A stretch of 64,000 bases of DNA from an uncultured Desulfarculus sp. (GTDB lineage Bacteria > Desulfobacterota > Desulfarculia > Desulfarculales > Desulfarculaceae): NCBI GenBank assembly GCA_963665125.2, contig CAXXUK010000001.1, positions 2,592,001 through 2,656,000 of the forward strand. The letters are read 5' to 3'. Of this stretch, positions 36,026 through 45,680 are shown in pieces. The translations under genes were made by a program, and so were the position numbers. Position 1 is the stretch's first letter. Each line of letters begins with the position of its first letter. Under the pieces are notes generated by a model, which was not told where the DNA came from, did no database searches, and saw only the letters and a list, made by a program, of their open reading frames with translations.

Positions 36026-37270
36026 ATGGATAATCTTCATAAAGTCGACCCGAAAATCGCAGATCTTATTGAGAAGGAGGCCCACCGGCAGGCCTCCGTG
36101 CTGCGGATGATCCCCTCGGAAAACTATGCCTCGGCGGCTGTTTTGGCGGCCACGGGCTCCATCCTGACCAACAAATATTCAGAGGGTTATCCCCGCAAGA
36201 GATATTACCAGGGCCAGGAATACATTGACCTGGTGGAAGAAACCGCAGTGGAGCGGGCCAAGGCTCTGTTCGGGGCCGAGCACGCCAACGTGCAGCCATA
36301 TTCCGGCAGCCCGGCCAACATGGCCGTGTACCTGGGCCTTTTGGGCACGTCCGGCAGGGTGCTGGGCATGGATCTGGCCGCTGGCGGCCACCTGACACAC
36401 GGCGCCAAGGTCAGCTTCTCCGGGTCTTTTTACGACATCAAGCAATACGGCCTGTGCCGCGACAACGGCCGCATCGACTATGACCAGGCCCGCAGCCTGG
36501 CCAGGGAGTTCAAGCCCCAGCTGATCTTCTGCGGCGCCTCGGCCTATCCGCGCCTGGTCGATTTCGCGGCCTTCGGCGAGATGGCCAAAGAGGTGGGCGC
36601 CTACCTGGTTTCGGACATCAGCCATATCTCGGGCATCTGCGTCAGCGGCGATCACCCCCATCCCCTGCCCCACGTGGACGTGATAACCACCACCACCCAC
36701 AAGATGCTCAGGGGCCCCAGGGGCGGCATGATCCTCTGCCGCAAGGAACTGGCTCCGGCCATTGACAAGGCCGTGTTCCCCGGCCTCCAGGGCGGACCCC
36801 ACAACAACACCACCGCGGGCATCGCCGTGGCCCTGGCCGAGGCGGCAACTCCCGAATTCGCGGAATACTGCCATCAGATCGTGCGCAACGCCAAGGCCCT
36901 GGCCGAAGGCCTCCTGGAAAGGGGCATGAGCCTGGTGACCGGCGGGACCGACAACCACCTGGTGCTCATCGATGCCACCCACAACGGCCTGACCGGCAAA
37001 ATCCTGGCCACGGCCCTGGAAAAGGCCGGCATCGTCGGCAACGCCAACAAGGTTCCTTTTGACCCCAGACCGGCCAACGACCCCAGCGGCGTGCGCCTGG
37101 GCACCCCGGCTCTTACCAGCAGGGGCATGAAGGAGACCGAGTTGGCCAAGGTGGCCGAGTTGATCCACCGGGTCACCCAGGTCAGCGGCGACGACCAATC
37201 CCTGGCCAAAATCCGTGCCGAAGTGGAAGAACTCTGCTCCGCGTTCAAAACTCCCGGAATTGGTAATTAG
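36026..37270 (+). CDS. glyA: Serine hydroxymethyltransferase
   Basis: SENY, YSEGYP, NVQPYSGSPAN, GGHLTHG, TTTHKMLRGPRGG, SGVRLGTP; AAGGA RBS before ATG 36026. Confidence 0.97.
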   Translation: MDNLHKVDPKIADLIEKEAHRQASVLRMIPSENYASAAVLAATGSILTNKYSEGYPRKRYYQGQEYIDLVEETAVERAKALFGAEHANVQPYSGSPANMAVYLGLLGTSGRVLGMDLAAGGHLTHGAKVSFSGSFYDIKQYGLCRDNGRIDYDQARSLAREFKPQLIFCGASAYPRLVDFAAFGEMAKEVGAYLVSDISHISGICVSGDHPHPLPHVDVITTTTHKMLRGPRGGMILCRKELAPAIDKAVFPGLQGGPHNNTTAGIAVALAEAATPEFAEYCHQIVRNAKALAEGLLERGMSLVTGGTDNHLVLIDATHNGLTGKILATALEKAGIVGNANKVPFDPRPANDPSGVRLGTPALTSRGMKETELAKVAELIHRVTQVSGDDQSLAKIRAEVEELCSAFKTPGIGN

Positions 37271-37468
37271 GCGGTTAAATTTTTTGAACATGAGATTATT
37301 CAAGCTATTTCAAGCAATTAAGTACGCTGACCCCATTTCGGCCCAAGCATGCGGTTCAAAAATTTGAACTCCCGCGCCGGAAGGGTCAGGATGGCCACCT
37401 GAGCCATCAATCAAGTAACAGCTCGAAATAGCTTGCAATTGGAGAAATATAAACGGGCGTGGAAAGTT

Positions 37469-37485
37469 TTGGCACCGCCATTGCA
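37469..37485 (+). promoter_or_regulatory. sigma54 (-24/-12) promoter
   Basis: TTGGCAC-CGCCA-TTGCA, consensus with correct GG-N10-GC spacing. Confidence 0.75.
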
Positions 37486-37495
37486 ATGTCCTAAG

Positions 37496-37566
37496 AGCGA
37501 CCAGCTTCCAACCCTTTTTCTCCTTTCCAGAGAGCGTCGGCTGCCCACCGGCGCTCTCTCCTTTTT
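37496..37566 (+). ncRNA. Candidate sigma54-dependent small RNA (~70 nt)
   Basis: Begins ~12 nt after -12 box; CU-rich 5' part; 12-bp hairpin agagagcgtcgg/ccggcgctctct plus ccT5; no ORF. Confidence 0.6.
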
Positions 37567-37588
37567 GGCACCTGCAATATCCATGCAT

Positions 37589-37618
37589 AAAAAAACGGCG
37601 TCGGGAAACCCAACGCCG
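37589..37618 (-). terminator. Terminator of FmdE-HD operon
   Basis: Minus strand cggcgttggg-ttt-cccgacgccg-T7. Confidence 0.8.
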
Positions 37619-37641
37619 CATTTCAGATTTGGCCCTTAACG

Positions 37642-38232
37642 CTATTGGCCGCCTCTGTCTCCGTTGCGGACCCAAAGCTCCTCGCGTTTTTCAAACCACC
37701 AGTCGGTCCACTTGCTCTCCAGAACCGCCTGGGCCAGGGAACGACCCACGTCGGTTTGCAGGCGTTTTTGGGCGTAATAAAGCCAGCGCTCGGCATTGGC
37801 GTTGCCCAGGTCCCACTGTTCCTTGAGTTCGACCATGAAATCAAGCTGGTCGGCGTCGTGGGCAATGCGGGACTCGGCGGTTTGGCAGGCGTTGAACTCC
37901 TCCACAAGCTCCCGGATATTTTCGGCCAGCCCGTCGGACAGGTTGCGGGTGGCGTGATCCAGGGCCTTGGCCTCGTCGGCCTTGCAGTAGCGTTTGTTCA
38001 TGTAGTTCAGATCGCCGGTGCGGGCCTCGGCCAGGTCGTGATGCAGCATCATCAGGGCCACCTTGGCGGCGTCGGCCCGGCCATCGGCCAGGGCCAGCCA
38101 ATAGCCGATCAAGGCCGCGCGGAAGCTGTGCTCGGCAATGGATTCGCTGCCGCTGCCCAAAAAAGGGTAGCCGGTGCGCTGCATTTTTTTAAGCATGCCG
38201 GCCTCGAAGACCAAATCAGCCAAGGCTTTCAC
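37642..38232 (-). CDS. HD-domain hydrolase (YfbR/5'-deoxynucleotidase-like)
   Basis: RTGY..., ESIAEHSFR, HHDLAEARTGD, HDADQLD; GTGA overlap with upstream stop. Confidence 0.88.
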   Translation of the reverse strand: MKALADLVFEAGMLKKMQRTGYPFLGSGSESIAEHSFRAALIGYWLALADGRADAAKVALMMLHHDLAEARTGDLNYMNKRYCKADEAKALDHATRNLSDGLAENIRELVEEFNACQTAESRIAHDADQLDFMVELKEQWDLGNANAERWLYYAQKRLQTDVGRSLAQAVLESKWTDWWFEKREELWVRNGDRGGQ

Positions 38233-38783
38233 GACAGACCCTCTTTGGCCGCGCAGGGCTTGCACAGCGTCTGTTTGTCTTTCTCCAGAGACCTGCTTTG
38301 CTGAACGTTCTCGCCGCAACGTACGCAGACCAGGCTCGGCTCTATTTGGGCCATTGCCGGTGGTTCAAAGGGCGCCTCGTCCACCCGCACGACATCCGCC
38401 TCGGATGCGTCCAACAGGGCCTCCATGAAGGCCTGGCGGTCCATGGCGCCGTCGGGAAGCTGGGGTTTCAGCTTGTCCCCGGTAAACAAGGCCCTGACGG
38501 CTTTTTGCCGTTTGCGGTCGTAGACGGTGAAGGCCTGTTTGCCGTAATCAAGCCATTTCAGGTTGCCCTTGCCAAAGGTGGTGGACAAAAGGGCCTGAAA
38601 GGCGTCCACGCTGCATGAATTATTTTCGGCAACAGCCACCAGTTCTTCATCCTCGGCCTTTTGCAGGCCCAACTCCTGTTGGACCGCCCTGACCATGCGC
38701 CAACCGATGACCACGCCAGGGCAGATGTGGCCATGAAAATCAACCGCGTGTTTCAGATCCTCGGGTAAAGACGCAATATCCAT
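38229..38783 (-). CDS. FmdE family protein with C-terminal zinc finger
   Basis: FHGHICPG, ENNSCSVDAFQ, TFGKGNL, CVRCGE...CKPC. Confidence 0.9.
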   Translation of the reverse strand: MDIASLPEDLKHAVDFHGHICPGVVIGWRMVRAVQQELGLQKAEDEELVAVAENNSCSVDAFQALLSTTFGKGNLKWLDYGKQAFTVYDRKRQKAVRALFTGDKLKPQLPDGAMDRQAFMEALLDASEADVVRVDEAPFEPPAMAQIEPSLVCVRCGENVQQSRSLEKDKQTLCKPCAAKEGLS

Positions 38784-38879
38784 GATTTCCCCCGGAAGAG
38801 TAAAAAATTTCTTGGCTGAAGAAGAATAACCCCGCGTGGCCGGCGGCGCAAGCAATGGCTATTGGGGACGTTTGGGCGG

Positions 38880-39839
38880 CTAGATGCCAAAGACGCGGTT
38901 TCGCCCTTGTTCCTTGGCCTTATAGAGGTTTTTATCGGCGGCTTCGATAAGCCCCTGCACCGAAGACTGCTCATCGGGACACATGGCCGCGATGCCCATG
39001 CTGATGGTTACATGATCGGCCACAGACGAGCCGCTATGTTCCAGGCGCATATCCGACACCGTGCGTAAAATGCGTTCGGCGACCTCAAAGGCGCCGGCAG
39101 CATCTGTTGACGGCAGGATAACGGCGAATTCCTCTCCGCCGTAACGGGCCAGCATGTCACCGGCCCTGCTCAGAGCCGATTGCATGGTTCCGGCAACCAG
39201 TTTCAGGCATTCATCACCCTGTTGGTGGCCATAGGTGTCATTGTAGGCCTTGAAGTGATCCACGTCGGCCATGATCAGGGCAATGTTACTCTCGTTGCGC
39301 CTGGCCCTGGCCCATTCCTCAACCAGCACTTCATCAAAATAACGGCGGTTGGCCACGCCCGTAAGGCCGTCCACCACAGCCAGGCGGCGCAACAGTTCAT
39401 TCACGGAAGTCAACTTGAGATTGAGCTGCTCCAGCTCACGCTCCCTGGCCTTGCGCTGGTCTATCTCGCGCTTTAGACGGATGGCCCCGCCGACCCTGGT
39501 GCCGAGTTCCAAGGCCGTGGGCGGCTTGCCCAAATAGTCCATGGCCCCGGCTTCAAAGGCCTTTTTCAGCATCTCGGGGTCGTCGCTGGCGGTTACGATG
39601 ATCACGGGAAGATCTTGGAAGGGTTGCAGAGCCTTGATCTTGCGGCAGGCCGAGATTCCGTCCAGGTCGGCCATTTCGACATCCAAAAGCATCACGTCCA
39701 CCGCGGCGCCCGACTCGAGAACCGACATGGCCTCGACAGCGGACTGCGCTTCCAGAATGTCTTTAAAGCCTTCCATCTCCAGCAGGTGCTTCATGGCGGC
39801 CCGCTGAAAAGCCGAATCATCAACGACCAAGACGCTCAA
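38880..39839 (-). CDS. Response-regulator diguanylate cyclase (REC-GGDEF)
   Basis: VVDD, LLDVEM, DYLGKP; DGLTG, RAGD I-site, RYGGEEF. Confidence 0.93.
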   Translation of the reverse strand: MSVLVVDDSAFQRAAMKHLLEMEGFKDILEAQSAVEAMSVLESGAAVDVMLLDVEMADLDGISACRKIKALQPFQDLPVIIVTASDDPEMLKKAFEAGAMDYLGKPPTALELGTRVGGAIRLKREIDQRKARERELEQLNLKLTSVNELLRRLAVVDGLTGVANRRYFDEVLVEEWARARRNESNIALIMADVDHFKAYNDTYGHQQGDECLKLVAGTMQSALSRAGDMLARYGGEEFAVILPSTDAAGAFEVAERILRTVSDMRLEHSGSSVADHVTISMGIAAMCPDEQSSVQGLIEAADKNLYKAKEQGRNRVFGI

Positions 39840-40274
39840 ACCACGGTGCTCCGTTAATACTCATTGCCTATGGTGATCTTAAAATATTAAAGCAGGTTAA
39901 GAAATTGCGCCATATCAATATTACCGCCCAGTTAAGGCGGCCGAACAATAGCATGATGAATTGAGTCAGTCGGCAACCGTATCCTTGGTCAATCCGTCCT
40001 TGGCCATCCAAATGTCATGGGGCCTATTGTCCAAAAAATCCGCAAGCCAACCAAAAAATCTAGTTATTATATTGTAATAATTATTAAATTACAACCAACC
40101 TTCACAAAAACCGGAACAAACCAGGCCACGCTTTACCGGGTGCCACCCGTTCATCAAGGACAATCAACCCTGTATCAGCAACGGGTTATTGAGAGGACCC
40201 GGCCCATGCAGTTAAATTATTAATAGGCACCGGCGCGGGTGATGCACGGGGGTCGGCATATCGGGAGGCGGACA

Positions 40275-41171
40275 ATGGACTATTCTTTTTACAAAAAACT
40301 CCTCGACAGCATGTTCGATGGCGTCTATTTCGTGGACGAAAACAGGGTCATCACCTACTGGAACTCCGGAGCGGAACGACTGAGCGGCTACACCAGATCC
40401 GAGGTCATCGGCCGCAGTTGTTCCGACAATGTCCTGAGACACGTCGACGGCAGTGGGAACCAGCTTTGTCTCAGGGGGTGCCCCCTGGCCGAAACCATAC
40501 AAGACGGCAAGACCCGCGAAACCGAAGTGTTCATGCATCATAAAATGGGCCACAGGGTGCCCGTAATGGTAAGGTCGGCGCCCACCCACGACAGTGAGGG
40601 CAACATCATCGGCGCGGTGGAGATCTTTGCGGACAACTCCAAGAACATCAATACCCTACAAAAGTTGGAAGAGCTCCAGCAGGAAGTGTTCCGTGATCCC
40701 CTGACCAGAATTGCCAACCGGAAATATGCCGAGCACCAAATCGACAACTTTCTGGCCGCCTGCCGAAAGCACGGCGTTTATTTTGGCCTATTGTTCGTTG
40801 ATATCGACCACTTCAAAAAGGTAAACGACAACTACGGCCACAACACGGGCGATGAAGTACTCAAGGCTGTTTCAGCTACGCTTTCGGGCGGATTGCGACC
40901 GGTGGACATCGCCTGCCGCTGGGGCGGCGAGGAATTTGTGCTGCTGCTTCCCAACATCGACAACGCTAGCCTGCGCAAGCTGGCCGAGCGCATGCGGATG
41001 CTGGTGGAATCCAGCTGGCTGGATCATGATGACGGGCAAATCAGAGTCACGGCGTCGTTCGGCGGCACCGTCTCCCGGCTTGACGACACCATCAAAACAA
41101 TAATCGAGCGCGCCGATGAACAGACCTACCTAAGCAAGGACAGCGGACGCAACTGCGTACATATAGCTTAA
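40275..41171 (+). CDS. PAS-domain diguanylate cyclase
   Basis: YWNSGAERLSGY PAS; DPLT, RPVD I-site, RWGGEEF; GGGAGG RBS before ATG 40275. Confidence 0.93.
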   Translation: MDYSFYKKLLDSMFDGVYFVDENRVITYWNSGAERLSGYTRSEVIGRSCSDNVLRHVDGSGNQLCLRGCPLAETIQDGKTRETEVFMHHKMGHRVPVMVRSAPTHDSEGNIIGAVEIFADNSKNINTLQKLEELQQEVFRDPLTRIANRKYAEHQIDNFLAACRKHGVYFGLLFVDIDHFKKVNDNYGHNTGDEVLKAVSATLSGGLRPVDIACRWGGEEFVLLLPNIDNASLRKLAERMRMLVESSWLDHDDGQIRVTASFGGTVSRLDDTIKTIIERADEQTYLSKDSGRNCVHIA

Positions 41172-41175
41172 GGGC

Positions 41176-41793
41176 CTAGGCCTCATTTACGGCGGTCACG
41201 CAGACGGATGGACGGGATTTTATCTCTTTCTCATGGGCCCGCACCACGCCGAATCCGGCGGCGGGCAGATCCGCGGAACAAACTTCGACAAAACGCTTTG
41301 CCTCGGCTTGGCTGTCACCCTTGAGCATGGGTTGATATAGCAGGGCGATGACCCCGCCGGGCTCCATCCAACCACGCAGGCCCTTGAGGCCTTCCACGCC
41401 GTTGTCCCAGAACTGATAGCTGTTTACGGCCAGCACCTTGTTGAACTTGCAGCCGAAATCCGGCAGATCGTCAACCGGTGTCTGAAAAAGGCGCATCCGG
41501 CCCTGTTCCACGGCCCTTTTATTGCGCCGGGTGGCCTGGCCGATCATCTGGGCCGACTGGTCCAGCCCGCAGACCACGCCCTTGCCCACCAGCCCGGCGA
41601 ACAGCTCCAAGCCCAGTCCGGGACCGAAACCAATTTCCAGAACCCGGTCGCCGGGCCGCGGGTCCAAAATTATCACGGCCCACAGGTTGCGGTCGTAGTT
41701 CACCCGGTGGGAGGCCATGAGACGGCCGGTTACGGCGCCCATCAAGCCCTCCGGCCGGGCAAAGTGTTTCAGCAAGCCATTTTCGCCGGGCAT
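41176..41793 (-). CDS. Class I SAM-dependent methyltransferase
   Basis: VLEIGFGPG, GLDQS, NKVLAVNSYQFW. Confidence 0.88.
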   Translation of the reverse strand: MPGENGLLKHFARPEGLMGAVTGRLMASHRVNYDRNLWAVIILDPRPGDRVLEIGFGPGLGLELFAGLVGKGVVCGLDQSAQMIGQATRRNKRAVEQGRMRLFQTPVDDLPDFGCKFNKVLAVNSYQFWDNGVEGLKGLRGWMEPGGVIALLYQPMLKGDSQAEAKRFVEVCSADLPAAGFGVVRAHEKEIKSRPSVCVTAVNEA

Positions 41794-41807
41794 ATCCCGT
41801 CTCCCGT

Positions 41808-43589
41808 TTATTCCGAGGCCAGTTTTTTAAAAGCGTCGCAACGCTCCAACTCGGCCATTATCGCATCGGCGATCAGGCTGTGACCGATGCCGTTGGGGTG
41901 CCAGTCCTTGTCGTTGACCCACAGGGCCTGGCTCATGGCCGTCAGATTATTGTCTTGCAGGTACTTTTCATACACCGGGGTCATGTCCAGGCCCATCAGC
42001 CCGGCTTCCCGGGCCGCCTTTACCACGAATCCGGCCTTTTTCTCATAGGTTTCCGGTTTGCCCAATACGATCCGTATCGGGTTGTATACCACCACGCCCA
42101 TGGCCCCATCGGCTTTTAGCATATTGGCCAGTTCCCGGAAGTTGGCCGCCACGGCCTCGGTGCCGACCATCTTGTTGTAATGGGCGCTTACCTGCTGGTG
42201 CCAGCGCTCCTCGGCGGTGAGGGCCTCCTGCTTTTTACCGCGGATCTCGTCCAGGCGGCGGGTGCTGACAAACTCCTCGTCGGACGCAAAGGCGTCCCGC
42301 CAGCGGGGGGCCAGGGTGCGGCTGAGCTGGCGTTTGATATAGCAGCGGTGGGTGGTCCAGGGCAGCACCGGTTCGATCATCAGGCCGGGGAAGCCGAAGT
42401 CGTTTTCCACGAAAATCAGCACCACCAGCTTGGGCTTGAACTTGCGGCCCATCTTGCGGAAAACAGCCACCTCGTTGGCCGTGTTGTAGGACGGACAACC
42501 CAGGTTCAGGGTCTCCACGGGCATGGCCATTCTGGCCACGAGCAACCGGCCCAGGCGGGTCAGGGCGCTTTGCTCGTCGGACACGCCCCAGCCGAACATC
42601 ACCGAATCGCCAAGGCCCATGACCCGCAGCACGCCGGGCGCGGCCTCCAGCTTGGCCTCGGCCCCGCGCATGAAGTGGCTGTTGGTCTTCAAGGGGAATT
42701 TGGCGAAAAACCCGTCCAGGTTGGGCTTGAGATTGTAGATGATCTCCAGGTCCGGGTTGGGCTGGATCATGGTCACGTAGTTGTAGGCCTTGCCCTTGGC
42801 GTCGGGCGTCTTGGTGGTCTCCTGGGCCGCCAGGCTGCGGGCTTGGGGCACGTGGATCAGGTATTGCCGGAACAATAGCTCGGCGAATACGAACAGCATC
42901 GCCACCATGAAGCACATAAGCACGGTGGAGGCGATGGCCCGGCCCAGGCCGCCGCCGGCCCAGGAGCGCAAAAAGACCATGGCCACCAGCAGGCCCACCA
43001 CGCCCCAGAACAGCAAGCCGTTGTAGAGCAGCTCCCAGCCTAGCTTGGCCGGGAAAAAACCGATGCCTTGCAACAGGCGGATCCGGGCCGGAGCGGCCCA
43101 GGAGCCCTGCTTGTTGGTGATTGTCAACTCGTTGTCCGGCTGGGTCACGGTGATGGGCACCCGCAGGGTCAGAGCCGGGTTGACATGTTCATACGGCGCG
43201 GGATGGCCATGGCCCTTGGGCACCCAGCGCTCGCCCATGGGCGCGCCGTTGAGGCTAAAGGCCAACAGCGGCTGGGCGGCCTCATGGGCCTCGTTGAACA
43301 AAAGCTCCACCGTGTAGTCGCCGGGTTCGGCCTTGAAGCGCACCTTTATTTCGTGGGCCTTGCCGCCGGCCCACGTATCGGCCGGGCCGGGGATGTTGGA
43401 CGGCAGCAGGCCGCCGGGCATATCCAAATCCGCCGCGATGTCTCCGCCGCGCCAGTGTTTGTCCCAATCGGAGTAGCGGCTGGAGGCCAGCGACTGCATG
43501 CGCACCTCCGGGGCCAGCCCGCCCCAGACCAACAAGGCCGCCGCGCCCAGCAGGCACAGCCACGACAACAGCTTGAGCTTTGATTTCAT
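41808..43589 (-). CDS. Membrane-anchored SGNH/GDSL hydrolase family protein
   Basis: LGDSVMFGWG, NLGCPSY, END, DWHPNGIGH; N-terminal beta-sandwich and TM segments. Confidence 0.82.
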   Translation of the reverse strand: MKSKLKLLSWLCLLGAAALLVWGGLAPEVRMQSLASSRYSDWDKHWRGGDIAADLDMPGGLLPSNIPGPADTWAGGKAHEIKVRFKAEPGDYTVELLFNEAHEAAQPLLAFSLNGAPMGERWVPKGHGHPAPYEHVNPALTLRVPITVTQPDNELTITNKQGSWAAPARIRLLQGIGFFPAKLGWELLYNGLLFWGVVGLLVAMVFLRSWAGGGLGRAIASTVLMCFMVAMLFVFAELLFRQYLIHVPQARSLAAQETTKTPDAKGKAYNYVTMIQPNPDLEIIYNLKPNLDGFFAKFPLKTNSHFMRGAEAKLEAAPGVLRVMGLGDSVMFGWGVSDEQSALTRLGRLLVARMAMPVETLNLGCPSYNTANEVAVFRKMGRKFKPKLVVLIFVENDFGFPGLMIEPVLPWTTHRCYIKRQLSRTLAPRWRDAFASDEEFVSTRRLDEIRGKKQEALTAEERWHQQVSAHYNKMVGTEAVAANFRELANMLKADGAMGVVVYNPIRIVLGKPETYEKKAGFVVKAAREAGLMGLDMTPVYEKYLQDNNLTAMSQALWVNDKDWHPNGIGHSLIADAIMAELERCDAFKKLASE

Positions 43590-43601
43590 CCCAACAAAAT
43601 C

Positions 43602-44633
43602 CTATTCAACGAAAATATCGGGCCAGCGGTCATTGGCCTTGCTGTAGGTGATGCGCACGGCCTGGTCAAAGGGCTTGCCCACCTGCCACAGGAAAAGTTC
43701 GTAATCGGCGATATCGTGCTCATGTCCCTCGGCCGAGGCGGCCCAGACCAGCCACTTGCCGTCCTGGGAAAGCCGGGGGAAGTATTCGTGGCTGTACTGG
43801 CCGGGCAGGTCCATGAACACCTTGGGTTTGACCTCGCCCAGCGGAGAAGTTATCACCTGGTTGCCGCCCACGCCGCCGTTGCGCACCCAGATCAGTTCCT
43901 TGCCGTCCGGGGTGAACAGAAGTTCGCAGCCCGCGCCGAAATTGGTGAACTCCTCGGGCTTGCGCACATCCACCACCAGAACGCCCCGCAGTTTGCCCCT
44001 GGCCGTGACGGCCAGCAGGTTCTGATCCACCGGCGAAAGCATGGGCGTGACTATGAGACCCTCCACGGGCGGCTTTTCGCCGTCAAAGACGACCTTCTCC
44101 TCGCCGGTCTCCAGGTCTTTTACAACCACCAGCATCCGGCGCATGAACGAGATATGCTTGTCGTCCAGCCACAGGGGGTAGTTGGCGTCTTTGGCCACCA
44201 TCTTTTCCTCGCCTGTGAGCAGGTCCAGCATCCAGACGTTCCAGGGATTGTACTCGCGCTCGGAGACCCAGTTTTTCTGACTGCGGGAAAACACCAGCCT
44301 ACCGCCGTCCGGGGAAAACCTGGGGAAGAAATCCACGTAATCATTGTTGGTCAAACGATAGATGTTGCCGTCGGGCAGGGCCATGAGATAAAGCTCGTGG
44401 TTGCCGCTACGGCTGGAGGACCACACAACGCGGCACTTTGTTTTACCCAGGGCCTGTTGCACTGTCTTCAACTGCTCGGGGCTCATGCCGCCGGGCTCCT
44501 TGGTCAACCACATGTCGCCGAAGGCCTGATAGGCCAGGCGCGGCAGATACTGGATGGACGCGCCCACCAGCCCGAATACGGCCGCGATGATCAGCAGCTT
44601 TACAAAGGGGCTGCGTTTTTTCTTTTCAGTCAT
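43602..44633 (-). CDS. TolB-like PD40 beta-propeller protein
   Basis: SSRSGNHELY, PRFSPDG, FTPDG, YFPRLSQDGKW; N-terminal anchor. Confidence 0.85.
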   Translation of the reverse strand: MTEKKKRSPFVKLLIIAAVFGLVGASIQYLPRLAYQAFGDMWLTKEPGGMSPEQLKTVQQALGKTKCRVVWSSSRSGNHELYLMALPDGNIYRLTNNDYVDFFPRFSPDGGRLVFSRSQKNWVSEREYNPWNVWMLDLLTGEEKMVAKDANYPLWLDDKHISFMRRMLVVVKDLETGEEKVVFDGEKPPVEGLIVTPMLSPVDQNLLAVTARGKLRGVLVVDVRKPEEFTNFGAGCELLFTPDGKELIWVRNGGVGGNQVITSPLGEVKPKVFMDLPGQYSHEYFPRLSQDGKWLVWAASAEGHEHDIADYELFLWQVGKPFDQAVRITYSKANDRWPDIFVE

Positions 44634-45654
44634 TTTTCATGCCTTTGCCGGCGCTCAAGTACAAGAGGGCCAAACCGCCCAAGGTGTAGTCTATCACCTG
44701 GGTCGTCAAATGCAGGCCAAATGGTATCATCGCTGCCTGTGTTTGGGAAAGCCCGGCGGCCAGCAATGTCGCGCCCATGACGCCCTCATAGGCCCCGAAC
44801 CCTGCGATGCCGCTGACGGGCAGGCTGGCCGTGGCCTCGGCCGCCAGCAGGGCGAACAGCACCAGCGGAAAACTCAGTTGCTGGGCCACGCCGGGCCATT
44901 GCGCGGCAAAGCCCATTATCAGCACATACAACCCAACGTATTTCCCCAGGCGGATCAGGATCGACTGGCCCAAGACCAGCCAGTAGACCCCGGAGGCCTT
45001 GGTCTGGATCACATCCGCTTCCAGGCCCAACAGCTGCCTGGTTGTCCAATTTAGTGCGCGGCGCGTTTTACCTTCACCGAGCCTGGCGGCCAGCCATAGC
45101 GCCGCCCCGGCTCCGAAGCGGGCCAGCTTGTCCAACAAAAACAGGGCGCAGACGCCGATAAGGGCCAACACGGCCACCAGAATCATCAGCGGCCAGCCGC
45201 CCCCGCCGCCCAGGGCGTGCAAGGCCACGGCCGCGACCAACAACGGCAGCATGCCCAGAATGTCGAAGATGAACGAAAAAGCGAACGACGATACGCAGGC
45301 GGGCAGGTTCACCCCGTATTTGCGGTTCAGGAAGACAATATAGCTCAGGCTGCCTGACCGGGCGGGCAGCAGGTCCACGAACAGGTTGGCGGCGAAGGTC
45401 ACGGCCATCAGATCGCCGAAGCGCGGCGCGGATCCGTGGCTGGAGGCCCTCAGCAGCACCTTGTAGCGCCAGGCCTTGATGGTCATGAACGACAGATAAA
45501 TGACCAAGAAGCCGCCCAGCGGAGCCCACCCCAGGCCGCTGAACACCCGGACCCATTCGTCCCAGGTGGTGTGCCGGGCCAGGAAATAGAACAGCGACGC
45601 CGTGACCAGACAGGCCAGGGCCAGATAGATTGCTTTTTTCAGCTTGCCAGCCAT
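44626..45654 (-). CDS. Lysylphosphatidylglycerol synthase TM / UPF0104 flippase-like protein
   Basis: WRYKVLL, LLPARSG, LPVSGIAGFGAYEG; multi-TM. Confidence 0.82.
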   Translation of the reverse strand: MAGKLKKAIYLALACLVTASLFYFLARHTTWDEWVRVFSGLGWAPLGGFLVIYLSFMTIKAWRYKVLLRASSHGSAPRFGDLMAVTFAANLFVDLLPARSGSLSYIVFLNRKYGVNLPACVSSFAFSFIFDILGMLPLLVAAVALHALGGGGGWPLMILVAVLALIGVCALFLLDKLARFGAGAALWLAARLGEGKTRRALNWTTRQLLGLEADVIQTKASGVYWLVLGQSILIRLGKYVGLYVLIMGFAAQWPGVAQQLSFPLVLFALLAAEATASLPVSGIAGFGAYEGVMGATLLAAGLSQTQAAMIPFGLHLTTQVIDYTLGGLALLYLSAGKGMKND

Positions 45655-45680
45655 GATCAAGGCCAACGGCCCCTAGGCCG

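Noticed and set aside
37310..37675. ORFs 37310..37675 (-) and 37433..37639 (+)
   Set aside because: No motifs or convincing RBS; they cross two terminators and a sigma54 promoter, so the region is better read as non-coding
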